Numbered from the stretch's first letter, positions 27,036 through 41,350 are shown. The stretch: DNA of 64,000 nucleotides from Eledone cirrhosa (GCA_964016885.1 OZ024743.1:268584001-268648000); one strand, 5' to 3'. Notes: generated by a model not told the origin, from the sequence alone. Program-made: numbers and translations.

Positions 27036-27606
27036 AACGCAGACGCCACCCACGCAAACATCTCTCCAATAACACCAACATCAACACCACCATCACCATC
27101 ACCAGAATCCCCCAAACGCAAACAACCGAAACAGACGCAAGAACAAATATGCACACAAACATCTGAAACCACAGACACTAGCACTCACAACAAACACAGA
27201 TACAACCGAAACAACACCACCAAAACCATCACCACCACAGTCACGCAAACAAATAAAATCACACCAACAAAACATACAAAACTTCGTGCTCGTCAGGATG
27301 GCCAACAAGGAACTGATGGCTCTCGTTGCACGAAGTGAAATTATACAAATGAGGGGGAAATTTTTAAATCGAGCACATTTCGCGTGCCGGAAGATTTGGT
27401 TCTGGTGCGAATGTCGCTCGACATATTCAAAGAAATACGAGACAGCTTTCCTCGGGACGTGGGAACCTCGAACGTAAAACCCACTTCATGACTTTTAACG
27501 GGGTTCCCAAAAGAAACCCCACTAACTATGGAGGTCGAACAACCCGACCTTCACAAGAGCCCGGAAGTTAAGTAAACCTTCCTCTCTCTCTGTTTAACCT
27601 GCCAAC

Positions 27607-30600
27607 ATGGCCGTATTAAGAGTAGGATGTTTAAATGTTCGAGGCCTGGGATCGTCCTGGAAGCAGGGTCACCTGCTCAACGACCTCAGGTCTATAGAAA
27701 TGGATGTAATTGCAGTCAGCGAGACCAGGATTTCCGACACGCGCGCACTAGCCCCCATTTTCGACCACTATCAGATCTTTGCATCTGTTAGCCGGCCGGG
27801 AACGGGAGGCGGGGTGGCAGTGCTGTTTAGGAAAGGCCTGGATCTCGAGGTAAGGTCGATCTTCCGGGACCCGACGGGAAGTTGGTGGTCCTGGACGTGA
27901 ACAATAACGAAGGTGGTGTCTTTAGACTGGTGGCCGTCTATGCTCCTACTGGGCCAGGGCAGCCGGACTTCTTTAGACGTCTGGAAGCCTTTCTGGGTAC
28001 GTTTCGCCCTTTACTGTTAGCGGGGGACTAGAATGGCATCTTAGACGCACGCTGGGACTGTGTGGGAGTATCCGATAGGAGGGGAGGGTGCAAAAGCCTC
28101 AAGAACCTGATCAGCTAGTTCCAACTGTCTGACAGGTACCGACTAGATTTCCCTAATGCGCCAGTGTGGACCTGAGCTAACCGCATAGGGTCATCTAGAT
28201 CGTATATAGACAGGATATTCATTAGGAAAATAGACAGAAATAGTGTAAGCTGCCCACGTTTTGAAACGGTCGCCTATTCAGATCACAAGTTTGTGATCTA
28301 TATGGTCGACCTAGATAAGACGCGTAGGTTAGGACCTGGTTACTGGAAGCTATACATGTAATTTCCGGCACGTAAGGCTTACAGGGATCTGGTCAACAAT
28401 TTAGTTTAAAAAAAGTTGACAGGGGGAGTCGTCAACAATAGATGGTGGGAGGCTCTCAAAAGAGAGATTAGAGTAATGTCGATAGAGTTTAGCAAAGAAG
28501 TAGCGTTAGAGAAAAATAGAAAGGAGGGGGAGTTGGTAGATAAGTTAGACGAGGCTATTGGTCGTGGCATTGCAACTGACGTGCTAGCGGCGAGATGGCA
28601 TTAGACCATTTCTTCAATGCGAAACACGAAGGTTGCATTATCAGAGCTAAGGCGCGTGCTCTGAGAAACGAGGGAACCAAAGCTGTTCGTTGGGCCCGCG
28701 TGGCAGAGGCGCAGCGTGGTAATAAAACCACGATTCGGTTTTGACGGACCGAGACGGGCACAAGCTGAGCGATTCCAAGAGGATGTGTGAGGCCTTTCGC
28801 CAAAATTTTGCTCGGTTGTTCGGGGGAAGTGGCGGGTCAGAGATGGTGGCGGACTTCAGTCCCTACCTCGATGGCTTGCCGCAACTCTTGACGGCTGATG
28901 CTGGGCGCTGCGAAAGGCCAATTACTTCAGCCGAGATTCAGGATGCCCTTGTCGGCTGCATGAGGCGCAAGTCACTTGGTTTAGATGGTCTGCCCTACGA
29001 GCTTTACGTAAATATGCCAGACTTGTTTTCTAATCTCCTCGAAGCCCTCTACTGCAACTGGCAGCAAAACGGGAGTATTCCCAGTTCTGTGAGCCGGGGC
29101 ATAGCGACGCTGATAAGGAAAGACGAGAACAAGAGGGACACATTAGACAATTTCAGGGCCATAACTCTGCTCAACACAGAGTTTAAGATTTTGGCCAGGG
29201 TGTTAGCGAAGAGGTTGGCGCTTGTCGTCGGGGATTTGGTTGGGGAGGCGCAAACTTGCGCAATCCCAACCAGGTCCATACACGACAACCTCCACCTAAT
29301 GCGATACATCATAGAGAGGGTAGGGTGTAAACCTGGCTTCGGTGGGGCTCTGATCAATTTAGATCAATCGAAAGCATTAGATAGCATTGAGGCTGTCCTC
29401 AAGGCGGCTGGCTTCCGCCCCGTCTTCAGAAGCTGGAATCGCTGCAATGCACAACGGCACCTGCACGATGGTCAAAATTAATGGCCACCTCTCGGAACCG
29501 TTTCAGGTCTCCCGATTGGTCCGTCAAGGGTGCCCTCTCTCCTCCCTTCTGTACTTATTGACTCTCGAGCCTTTACTGCGAAAGATGGAGCCGTTGCAGG
29601 GCATCCCGTTCGAACCGGGACGCGGAAAGGCTGTGTCGGCTTATGCGGACGACATCACCGTGATGGTATCGGACACCTCAGAAATCGAGGTGGTCGACAA
29701 CTTATTGGAGGAATATGAAAGGTTGACGGGAGCAAAACTTAACCCGGAAAAGTCGGTGGGCTTGCAACTCGGCACCTGGAGAGGCAAGTCCATTCCGTCC
29801 AACAGCGTCGTTAGGCGCTGGACGGATGGCCCGGTAAAGTTGCTAGGGGTTTGGTTCGGGCCAGACCTCCAGGTGGATAGGAATTGGGACGAGGTGCCGG
29901 GCAGGGTAGCCAGTCTCACCCAGAAATGGGCTGGGATGAAGCTATCACTGAAAGGTCGGGCGGAGGTGACGAACGCGTACATCGCGTCTGTCATCTACTA
30001 CCGTCTGACTGCCGTCCCTTGCCCCCGTTCGCGCCTCGCCATCTTGGAGCGGCTCCTCTTCAAATTCTTGTAGATGGGGTCAGGTTCCGCTGGTGAGGCG
30101 GTCCATCTGCTGCCAGCACCCTCTACGTGGAGGGCTGGGCATGCCGTGGCTAATGATGCGCAGGCACGCGCTGAGGCTGCGGCATCTCCAGATATTCTGC
30201 CTAAACGGTGAATAGGTATGGTCGCCGTTTGTCAGACGGGCCTTTCCGCAGCTCGTTTCTTTGACTGAGCTGCAGTCCTGGGTCAAGAAGAGACCGAGAC
30301 CGGGTGACTGGCATCTGGAATGTTGCCAGACACTCACTTCCCTCTACCAGGCGGGCAATGCGGTCAGTGGAACTTCCACTCTTGAGTTCTATAGAGTATT
30401 AGTGGTGGACAAGTGCGACGCCGCACTCGGAGAGGCTCTGGGAGTCAACGAAGTCGAACTAACCAGTCTGTACCGGAAGACTTTCGAGCCGGGGACGATG
30501 GATAATTTCCAAAAATCCCTCGCTTGGCAGTGCTACCGGGGGGCACTGCCGGTTCGAGATTAACTCTACAGGCACGGAAGTGCTGTCAGGACGGACCTGC

Positions 30601-31014
30601 CCGAAATGTGCGCAGAGCGACGAAACCGTTCTGCACGCACCTGTCCAGTGTCCGTGCATTACTGACTTGTGGAGTTATGTTGAACAGCTGTTGTTGCGTG
30701 TAGAACGGATCCGGCTATTCTCCGAGTCCATAGTGAAGATCTACCCGCCGCCTTCTTTTGGCCAGGAAGGGCAGGCAATTTTCCTCTGTCTTGTGGCAGT
30801 AGCGAAAGAGGTTGTATGGTGGACGAGGTTGAAAGGACTGAAGACAGACACTTTTCTCTTCGGCCAATCCCTCATCAACTTTTTCAAGTTTCACTTGGAA
30901 AGGAAGGTGAGGGTGGAGAGAGAAGTGCTTCCCCCCAGTACATTTGCTGAAAGGTGGGTGAATGTGGCGAGAATGGCCCGTGTGAGTGGGCCTACTCTGG
31001 TCATGCGGCTGTAG
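27607..31014 (+). pseudogene. Tx1-like ORF2 (APE endonuclease + RT + Cys-rich domain), multiple frameshifts and stops
   Basis: Motifs CLNVRGL, IAVSET, AVYAP, SYIDRIF, SDHK, GLDGLPYELY, FRAITLLNTEFKILA, LDQSKA, RQGCPLS, AYADD and CPKC-x4-ETVLH. Confidence 0.92.
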
Positions 31015-31305
31015 GTAGGTTAATTTGAGGAGGAGAGGGGTGCCCTTCCAGGGTGCTCTCGAAGCGTCGGGTCGTTCAGGACTGGTGGGGTACCTGGGCG
31101 AACCCTAGGTGGTCATCCCCCCCTATTGGGGAAGTTTTTCTTGTAATTTTATTGTTACTTTATTGTTACTTTGTTATTGTTACTTTGTTATTGTTATTCA
31201 TATTGTTTACTCGATTTTTCTGTAAAACCCAGTCCCAGTCTTTTGTATTGTCCCCTATATGTCGGCCCTTGTGGCCAATAAATGAAATCATTATTATTAT
31301 TATTG

Positions 31306-31993
31306 TCGTGTGTTGTTGTGTATTGTTGTTGTTGTTGTGTGTTGTTGTTGTGTGTTGTTGTTGTTGTGTATTGTTGTTGTGTATTGTTATTGTTGTGTGT
31401 TGTTGTCGTGTGTTGTGTTGTTGTTGTGTGTTGTTGCTGTGTTGGTGTTGTGTTGCTGTGTTTTTGTTGTGTTGCTGTGTTGTTGTGTTGTTGTGTTGCT
31501 GTTGTGTATTGTTGTTGTGTATTGTTGTTATGTTGTTGTGTATTGTGTATTGTTGTTGTGTGTTGTTGTTGTGTGTTGTTGTTGTATGTTGTTGTTGTGT
31601 TGTTGTTGTGTATTGTTGTTATGTATTTTTGTGTATTGTTGTTGTGTGTTGTTGTTGTGTGCTGTTGTTGTGTGTTGTTGCTGTATGTTGTTGTTGTGTA
31701 TTGTTGCTGTGTGTTGTTGTTGTGTGTTGTTGTTGTATGTTGTTGTTGTGTGTTGTTGTGTTGTTGTTGTGTGTTGTTTATTGTCGTTGTGTTGTTGTTG
31801 TTGTTGTTGTGTGTTGTTGTGTATTTTTGTTGTTGTGTTGTTGTTGTGTATTGTTGTTGTGTGTTGTTGTTGTGTGTTGTTGTTGTGTGTTGTTGTTGTG
31901 TATTGTTGTTGTGTGTTGTTGTTGTGTGTTGTTGTTGTGTGTTGTTGTTGTGTATTGTTGTGTGTTGTTGTTGTGTATTGTTTATTGTTGTTG

Positions 31994-32026
<33 letters not shown>

Positions 32027-32360
32027 GTATTGTTGTGGTGTGCTGTTGTTGTGTGTTGTTGTTGTGTAGTTGCTGTTGTGTGTTGTTGTTGCTGTGTGTA
32101 GTTGCTGTGTATTGTTGTTGTATATTGTTGTTGTGTGTTGTTGTTGTGTGTTGTTGTGTGTGTTGCTGTTGTTGTTGTTGTTGTGTGTTGTTGTGTGTGT
32201 TGTTGTGTGTTGCTGTGTGTTGTTGTTGTTGTTGTTATGTGTGTTGTTGTTTGTGTATTGTTGTTGTGTGTTGTGTGTTGTTGTTGTTGGTGGTGGTGGT
32301 GGTGTGTGTCGTTGTTGTTGTTGTTGCTGTTGCAGTTATTGTTATTTTATTTGTTGTTGT
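31306..32360. repeat. (TGT/TTG/TG)n compound microsatellite
   Basis: Direct reading; source of the poly-Cys/Val/Leu ORFs. Confidence 0.95.
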
Positions 32361-32499
32361 TTCTCCTTATCTCACATCTGATGTTTTCGCTTTCATTGCT
32401 AACTAGAAAGTAATCAATACCCTCAATGTCAATTTTTTCTAATGTGTCTGTGCTGTGTATGTGTGTGTATGTGTGTACCTGTGTGTGTTTGTGTTGATC

Positions 32500-33000
32500 T
32501 GTGTATCTGTGTATGTCTGTGTATTTGTGTGTGTATGTATATGGATGTGTATGCCAGCGTGTCTGTGTGTGCCTGTGTTTTTTGTGTGTGTGGTCTGTGT
32601 GTTTTTGTGTGTCTTCGTGCGTCCGTATGTTTGCGCGTGTGTATGTCTGTGTATTTGTGTGTGCATGTATATATGGATGTATATGCCAGTCTCTGTGTGT
32701 GTTTTGTGTGGGTGTGTATGTATGTCTGTGTATTTGTGTGTGCATGTATATATGATTGTATATATGGAGATATATGCCAGTGTGTCTGTGTGTGTTTTGT
32801 GTAGGTGTGAGTATGTCTGTGTATTTGTGTGTGCATGTATATATGGATGTATATCCCAGTGTGTCTGTGTGTGTTTGTGTGTGTATGTCTGTGTATTAGT
32901 GTGTGCATGTATATATGGATGTATATGCCAGTGTGTCTGTGTGTGTGTCTGTCTATCTGTGTGTCTTTGTATATGGATGTGTATGCCAGTGTCTGTGTGT
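32500..33000. repeat. GT-rich minisatellite, unit about 70-90 bp
   Basis: Recurring GTATGTCTGTGTATTTGTGTGTGCATGTATATATGGATGTATATGCCAGTGTGTCTG. Confidence 0.75.
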
Positions 33001-33244
33001 TTTTGTGTATCAGAGTGTGTCTCTATGTGTGTGTTTATATGTTGTTATACTGTTTGTATTCTAAATGTGAGCGTGTTAGCGGTTGATTTTTGTATGTTCT
33101 TCTTTTACCATTATCTCCATCTAACATAATAGGTTAGAGCCTGGCTAAACTACATTATAATTTGATGGATGGTTATAGCTAGGCAGACGTTTTAGACGTT
33201 ACATAGACTCAACTGTATACACACACACACACACACACACTTAA

Positions 33245-33296
<52 letters not shown>

Positions 33297-33478
33297 ATAT
33301 ATACTAACATGTACAATATGTCTATCAACTTTCCGAAAGTAAACTACGTATAAATGGTGACCTTATTATGGGAGACAATGTGCATCCAAGACTTACCTAT
33401 TTAATAGACACAAAAGTCACACACACATACATATATACAGTATATATATATGCATATATCTATAAGTATATAAATGTA

Positions 33479-34150
<672 letters not shown>

Positions 34151-34837
34151 CTATTGTTGTTTGATGGGAGCTTGTGATCGAGATATACAAACTCCGTAAT
34201 TTGAGCAATTTGCTATAAGTACACAGCAACTAAAGTCCGTATGGTGAGTTTGAATAAAATTATTAAGGCCAGTTACTAAAACGGCGCCATACCAAGTACG
34301 TACGTTTCGTTCGTCCTCATTACCAATCTGTTCAACTTGTGCTGACGAAATGAATCGGAACATTGTTACTGAAAATGGAAAATACAGAACAATAGTGAAT
34401 GAGAGAAGAGCCTCAAAACCAAGATGATCGGGATGATCTAGAGGAGACAATTTGACCGAAAAAATGTGATCAATCTCTAAATTAGGTAATAATTACGAGG
34501 GGGCGGACAAAATTGATATATTGAGAAAGATGTGAATAAATATTAAGGAGGTCAGTTCTTTAAAAGCTACTTAGAAACATGAGAACATCGCGAGAAGAAT
34601 TCTGTAAGTGTGTTAAGTAATTACAAAAATATACATTTATATCAGTATATGTTAATATGAATAAATAATCTTCACATTTCATCAATTTTGAGTGCATTAT
34701 ACGTGTATCCTTCTAATGCTGACTTGGTTATATTATGAGTATGTATGTGTGTGAGAGAGAGAGAATGTTCGTACACACACGCACACAAGCACAATCACAC
34801 ACACACACACACACAAACACACATATATATATATATA

Positions 34838-35372
34838 TAAAATAAAGTTAAATAAAAGTCAAATGATTAAAATTTAGCTTCGTTTATTACTGCTATATAT
34901 ATTTCAGTGACAGCCATCTTTGGCTGTGACCTCTTCAGGCAGTTTGAATTAGTATGGTATAGACAAGTACATATGTTGTTTAGGTGTATAATATTGTCAA
35001 TACTCTGATATGCCCAGTTCCTTGTTGGGTTGTCAATTCACTGAGGAACTGGAGTCATATGACTCCAGTTCCTCAGTGAATTGACAACCCAACAAGGAAC
35101 TGGGCATATCAGAGTATTGACAATATTATACACCTAAACAACATATGTACTTGTCTATACCATACTAATTCAAACTGCCTGAAGAGGTCACAGCCAAAGA
35201 TGGCTGTCACTGAAATATATATAGCAGTAATAAACGAAGCTAAATTTTAATCATTTGACTTTTATTTAACTTTATTTTACACTACTCCGGAGTAACCAAA
35301 CCAACCTGCGCACTTCGTCGAGTGCTCCAGCCTGCATACTGAGGTGTTGGTATACAACCAACATAAACTCAA
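34838..35372 (+). mobile_element. 442-bp palindrome (34838-35279) plus a unique tail; PLE-type fold-back
   Basis: Arms are reverse-complementary about the centre GAGTCAT|ATGACTC (35058/35059). Microsatellites on both flanks. Confidence 0.9.
35174..35228 (+). ncRNA. Minimal type-I hammerhead ribozyme (mirror copy on minus at 34889-34943)
   Basis: ACTGC CTGAAGA GGTCACAGCCA aaga TGGCTGTCACT GAAA TATATA TA GCAGT. 5-bp stem I, intact core, 10-of-11-pair stem II closed by G-U, palindromic stem III. Confidence 0.8.
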
Positions 35373-35374
35373 AA

Positions 35375-35476
<102 letters not shown>

Positions 35477-36799
35477 GATAGATAGATAGATAGACAGAGA
35501 TAGATAGATAGAGATAGATAAATAGATTGATAGATAAAGGCTCAGTTCGGCTATGAATGGATTTTGCACCTAGAAAGTTCTCCACCGGGGTTGTTTTTGT
35601 GAAAGACCTGAAGCTAGCTATCCATTCCACTCTCTTCTCTCGACGTCACCGATTTTGTCGAAAGAAACCACTGTATTTTGAAAATTCGCTGGACACGTTA
35701 TATTATGTCATGTATTCAAAATCGAGTTTTCACAATCGTCAATGGGTTATTGATGATAGCGATTTCAAGACAAAAATCAATTTCACACATGCCGATCAAA
35801 CATATATTAATGTTTGAAATAAAACCTGTTTTATCGCTTATCCGTCTTAATCCCCTTTATACCTCTTATATATATATATCATATATTGAGTTATAAACTC
35901 GAAATATTATTTTACAATTAAATACCTCAAAGAAGGGAATATTTCCGAGCCGTGTAATACAAATGAATATATGAGAGGGATGATCACTGATACAAGTATG
36001 CATGTGTTCTAATTGCAAATGACCAAGTTAGCTAGGTTGAAAAATACTAATTTAAAATAATATGGTTTGCCTGTCTCGATTTAAAGTAATAAAGCAATAA
36101 AAATATCAAACCTATATTGGCAATGGCCGTGATACCTGGACAGATTCTAAATCTATTTCGCAACAATTATTAAATGAAAGTCCCTATCCCTGTGCTCTTC
36201 TGCGGGTATCCAAGAAATTCGTACCTTTCACTTCAAAATACTTAAGAAGACTGAGAAATATGTGTTGTTGAAAGCACATGTCACAGCGCCTAACTCGTCT
36301 CATACTCGTGCCGCTAAAAATAACAGCCGGTTTTATGGGACTAAAATTAGCTCTACGTATGGAGCCGTGAATATCATATATTGGGTTATGAACTCGAAAT
36401 AGTCTTTTACAATTAAATGGCTCAAAGAAGGGAATATTTCCGAGCCGGACAGATTCTAAATCTGTTTCGCATATATATATATAAATGTGTGTGTGGCCGT
36501 TTTTATCTAAAGCTGCATAACAAGTATATAATTGTAATGCCTTCACAATGCCATCCATGACGACCACAATTCTATTTTACCATAGCCACTGGTTGAAGGA
36601 AGTCCTGTAATTATAATTGTCTTGGCGGAAGCCGTCTGATCACCGGCAGATGTTCTGCATGTGTAATTCTATACTTCTGAGTTTCTCAGTTTATTTTTCG
36701 CTGCATATCGCAAAGAATTTGTGTTAGAGGGTATGAGTCTGTGAAATACTCTGTCACTTCACGTTAATTTACCAAGGACGCCCTTCCACTAAAAGTATT

Positions 36800-38700
36800 T
36801 ACAAACCACCAAAGACAAGAATTGATACACTTGAAGCCAATGGAAACCCACTTAGGTTTCATTGTTTAGGGCAATATAGATTTTCTCTCTATGAGCCACC
36901 CAGAATTTTATGAGTTCCATTTCAGTATTTCAACCAGACGTTTGAGATTTAAATAAAATATTTATAACAGCTTTTGCGTGCTTTTGTGTGATCTTATTAC
37001 TTTCGTTATGTTCCTATCTATTCGGTTGAGAATATTAAAACTATAACATTATAATTGTGCAGCTCATATTTGTCGTTTGCCTTCATTTTAATTATTAATA
37101 TCAGTTTTTCTTTCGTCTATGAATGTTATGCTCTGTCCAGTTCATTAATTCAGTATTATAAGACTGCCCGTGGTACAATTTCTTATCTCTGTCTGTTTAT
37201 TTGACATAATATTATTGTTTTCGTTGTTTTTTTATATACATTGGCATTAGTGCATTTTGCACAGTGAATGTCACGCCAATTTACCAGCTGTATCCTTGCA
37301 CTGTATTTATCATGGTTTCCAATTTGTCATGTGCAGCATACAAATTGCGGTCACCTATATAGAAAACATGTCTGGTTCGCATCCTGTACCAAATGTATCT
37401 GCGACCACTTGGATTAAGTATAGTGTGTGTGTGTGGGGGGGGGGTTATGGTGTTCGTCTTTGAGCTCTTAGCAACAAACAAAAATAGAATGGAAAGCAGG
37501 GGACACCTTGAAATAATCCCCTTCTAATGGAGATCGGTTTCAATGCTACAATTTTCTCTTGTATTTTGCTCCTGACAAAAATCTTCCATTTAAACACACA
37601 ATATATTTTATATTTGTTGGTTGGTACTAAAATAGTCATAGCTTGCATCCACTAATATAAAACACTGTCCAAGTCCTTCTGGTAATCAATCCATGCCAAG
37701 CTACAACAATCTCGTTCTGCCACTAAAGTACGACAGTATTCAGTTGTGGATTTGTAAATCAGTAACTGCCCTTCTTTATCGCTTCCCCTTTTTTCTCATT
37801 ACTTAATTTTGTTTTTATTTTCCTGTTTCATATTTTTATAATTATCAATGGTTTTTCAGCCAACTTTGTGAATGAAACATATGCATTGAAAATAAACATT
37901 TGATTTAGTGCCAAAATAATAATAAAAGTCATAAGTTCCTTTGCAACATTCTTATTTTTCTGTGAAGTTAATTTACCTTTTTCTTTACATTTTAAGTGGC
38001 CCTACCCTTGCTATTACATAAGTTATGTATCGATAGCTTTAGAAGTAGGACGTTTATTTAGTCTCTAGAGTAAGATAGTGTTATCCTAGAGACATACTCA
38101 GGCGTAGTTCTAGGAAAATCGTTGCATATCTTACAAGAAATTATTTTAGATATTTCAGTCATGAATGTGACATTTTTTATTTTTCCATGATTCCCAGCTA
38201 TTTGTATTGTGTAGCACTTAGTTTACATTATGGGTTGTTAGATATTTCCCTAACTGTTTTGTTCTTACAGCTCTTGTGTTTACCTTATTGTTAGTTATTC
38301 CCATATGAATCTAATGATTGAACTGAACTCTTATGAAAGGCATCATAGCTTTGTCTATTTCGTCATTTTCAATATCACAGATGGCATTTCTTAATATGTC
38401 CCGATTTTTTTTTTCCGAGATGGTAGAGTGTAATTTCCGACTCATCTAGCTGATGAGTTTAGTATGCTGAACATTCAAGTAGAAGTTCCTTATTGATTGG
38501 TTAATTTGTTGATTTGTTAATTCTCGTCCGTGGTGTTTCGTAACGATAGAATCATTACAATGTATATTTGTGTTGCTATTTGTATTACTAATATATTTTT
38601 TTATCATTAGGAGATGTTTGTCCTGGTCATATGCAGCCCTTTTGTCGAGATCAATTTAACTATATTAAAATGTATATTATCACATTCAGCTTTATAGCTC
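36800..38700 (-). mobile_element. Highly decayed R4-like RT relic
   Basis: Minus-strand AWIDYQK (about 37675-37697) and KPISIRRGLFQG-x-FYFCL (about 37475-37540). Boundaries uncertain. Confidence 0.5.
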
Positions 38701-38785
38701 TCTACCGTTATCTGCTTACTTATGTTCCTATCTCATCGCTGTTGGGATAATTGAAATTCTGATTGCCTATATTCTGTAGCTTTAT

Positions 38786-39100
38786 GAAGGCGTGTGGCTT
38801 AGTGGTTAGGTTCTTGGGTTCATAAATGTATCGTTGTGAGTTTGATTCCTGGCAGCGCATTTTGTTTCTAAACAAGACACCTCACTTTATGTAGTTTCTA
38901 TACACTCAGCTGAGAAATATAGTTGTGAAGATTTTGGTGCCAAGATTTATCAACTTTGCCTTTCTCTTTGACACCGCTGGTGGCACAAACAGTGGCGAAT
39001 TGTGGGCATAGATGACTGCTGGTCTTTCTCAAAACATCTTGCCGAGGCTTCTACCTTGGAAAGAAATTCTACAGGTGCAAACCTACAGTCAGTCATTTTA
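38786..39100 (+). mobile_element. tRNA-derived SINE
   Basis: A box TGGCTTAGTGG and B box GAGTTTGATTCC, followed by CAAGACAC...CACTCAGCTG and TCAACTTTGCCTTTC. Confidence 0.65.
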
Positions 39101-39541
39101 ATTCTTTAGTTATACTGAAATTTGTGTTTATCGAGTTTTCTTGTTTCTTTTAATTTCTTTTTTTTTCTTTAGACTAGGTATGACTTTGTTTATGATCTCT
39201 GTAATTATACCTGCAAGATTTTTTCCTTGCTTGTAGAGTATTTATTTTATTTGCTATTTCATCAGAGGGAGGGACAACTCACATTACCCGTTACGTTTTC
39301 AAGGTTTAGTCCGTGGAAAAGGTGTTCACGACCCCCAAGATGTATATGAAGAAGGAAGATATCTTAAAACTTGAGAGACATAGTCTGAATGAATGTAACA
39401 TAAACCATTATATTTAGTATCCAAGTAATCCACCGTGTGATTTGAATCTGGAACGCAAAGAAACAGAATATATATTCCAGAGCTTGAATATATATTCCAC
39501 CGCTTGAACAAAATGCAATTAATTTTTTTTTTAATATCAAT

Positions 39542-39989
39542 ACTAGACCTGAAAAATGCGCAAGCTCAAAAGAGCCACAGAATGTTATAATAAACCTTCA
39601 AAAGTGTGGGACTAGAGTTGTTGCTCAAAAATATTGTAATCATTATCTATCGTACACTCTGTGGCATCCTTTTATAAAAAAGAGTCTCATAACGAACTCA
39701 CAACGACACGATAGCTATTTAAGCTAAAGTTCAATATCTCATATTAGATGTTTAGTAATGATTAATACGAAATCCACTTAAACCGAATTCTATATTATAA
39801 ATTCACTTAAATAATTATCGTGTCGTCTTGAGTTCGTTATGAGTCTTTTTTTTTTATAAAAGGATGCCACAGAGTGTACGATAGATAATGATTACAATAT
39901 TTTTGAGCAACAACTCTAGTCCCACACTTTTGAAGGTTTATTATAACATTCTGTGGCTCTTTTGAGCTTGCGCATTTTTCAGGTCTAGT
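39542..39989. mobile_element. MITE-like fold-back element with about 170-bp inverted arms ending ACTAG/CTAGT
   Basis: 39542-39712 is the near-perfect reverse complement of 39817-39989, with an AT-rich spacer of about 100 bp. Confidence 0.85.
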
Positions 39990-40899
39990 TTAATATTTTT
40001 TTAAGGCAACGCTTGTAATAACTCTAGTTAAACATGATATATATTAATAAGAAATTATCGTTGATTATATAATTGTTATTTTATAAATGATCTTATAAAT
40101 ATTATTGTAAGATGTATAAATATATTTTCAGATTTTTAATATAAACAACTACAAAAACAATCAATATTAAATAAATATATTTTACATAATAATTGTTATA
40201 TTTGAATTAATAAAAATTAAATATTACATACAAATAGTGTAACATAATAATGATAAAATAATCTAACATAAAACGAACAATAATATGGACAAATATACAA
40301 GTAAATATGATACAACCAATATTATAAGCATGTTATAACGAACTGAAAAAAAAATAGTTAATATAAATTTTAAAAATCATATATAAATTAACAATATAAA
40401 TTACCAAAACGAGAAAAATATTTTGATGTTAAACGACGAAATACAGGAAGATTCGAAAGCGAAACGATAAATAAACGTGCAAGCAAAATGGTGGATGCTT
40501 TTGAGAAACAATTACTCTCGTTGGTTGATTAGCCAATAAGACGATGAAATTAGCCAATAAGACGATACATTACAAAACATGTTTGGCGGCGATCACCACT
40601 GCCAGCGACACCCCTTGAATTTTTTATTCACAATTTACGCATATATGTCAGACACGCAGACTTAAAACATTCTGTTGTTAGTCACTGCGTGTCTAACAGA
40701 TACATGAATCTTCCAAAATATTCGTCTGATGTAGATTTTTGACATGGTTATTTCACTCGTGTTAATGCGTAGTTTTAAGAGCTGTGAAATAGCGATGTCA
40801 GTTGTTATTTGACCAGATAATATAATATTTTCTTTCTAGTTGTTGCTCATGCTTTGAAGTATACAGAAAGTGTTTCTTTTCTTACATCATAAACAATTA

Positions 40900-41350
40900 A
40901 ATATATCTTGGGAAGCACGCCTAAAATATTCAAGGTCATTACATGCAATGTGAGAATTCCTTAATAATATGTATTTACAGTTACACTACTGGCTGTGCAC
41001 AATCCCAGTTGCCAATTAAAAATGGGATGATACATACATTCCTAAGCTGCCATAATGTTTTTAGTTCAACAGCTAGATCAGTGGAATTCTTTAAATTTTC
41101 TGCTCGCTTTCTTACAACTGTTATTGCTGTGTCGATTAGCACACCATTGTCATTTTTGTGTCTTGGAAAATTGATGTCCTGTTTATCATGCCGTATCAGG
41201 TGCTATATCTGTATGAAAATTACACCGTGTTTTCGCAAAGCCGTTTTTTTAGACCGGTGTAGTATTACAGAGGTTATCTCTGCCGAGTTGAAACTATATG
41301 ATCATACGTTATGTGACTCCATGAGTATTTCATGAAACCCAGGGAATATT
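40900..41350 (-). mobile_element. Decayed R4-like REL endonuclease fragment
   Basis: Minus relic IRHDKQDI...VLIDTAIT...DLAVELKTLWQLRNVCIIPFLIG matches the PD-(D/E)xK C-terminus of R4-type LINEs. Confidence 0.55.

Larger units (their letters stand above)
25450..31289 (+). mobile_element. Full-length decayed Tx1-like (L1 clade) non-LTR retrotransposon
   Basis: ORF1 plus APE-RT ORF2, with AATAAA near the 3' end (about 31277). Candidate TSD ATTATTATTATTATTG at 25434-25449 and 31290-31305. Confidence 0.9.

Noticed and set aside
31053-33129. Long Cys/Val/Leu-rich ORFs (metallothionein- or keratin-associated-like)
   Set aside because: Open in all three frames because TG-rich repeats lack stop codons; simple-repeat artefact.
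34494-34520. Mariner TIR start TACGAGGGGGCGGACAAAA
   Set aside because: No partner TIR or transposase trace recognised nearby.
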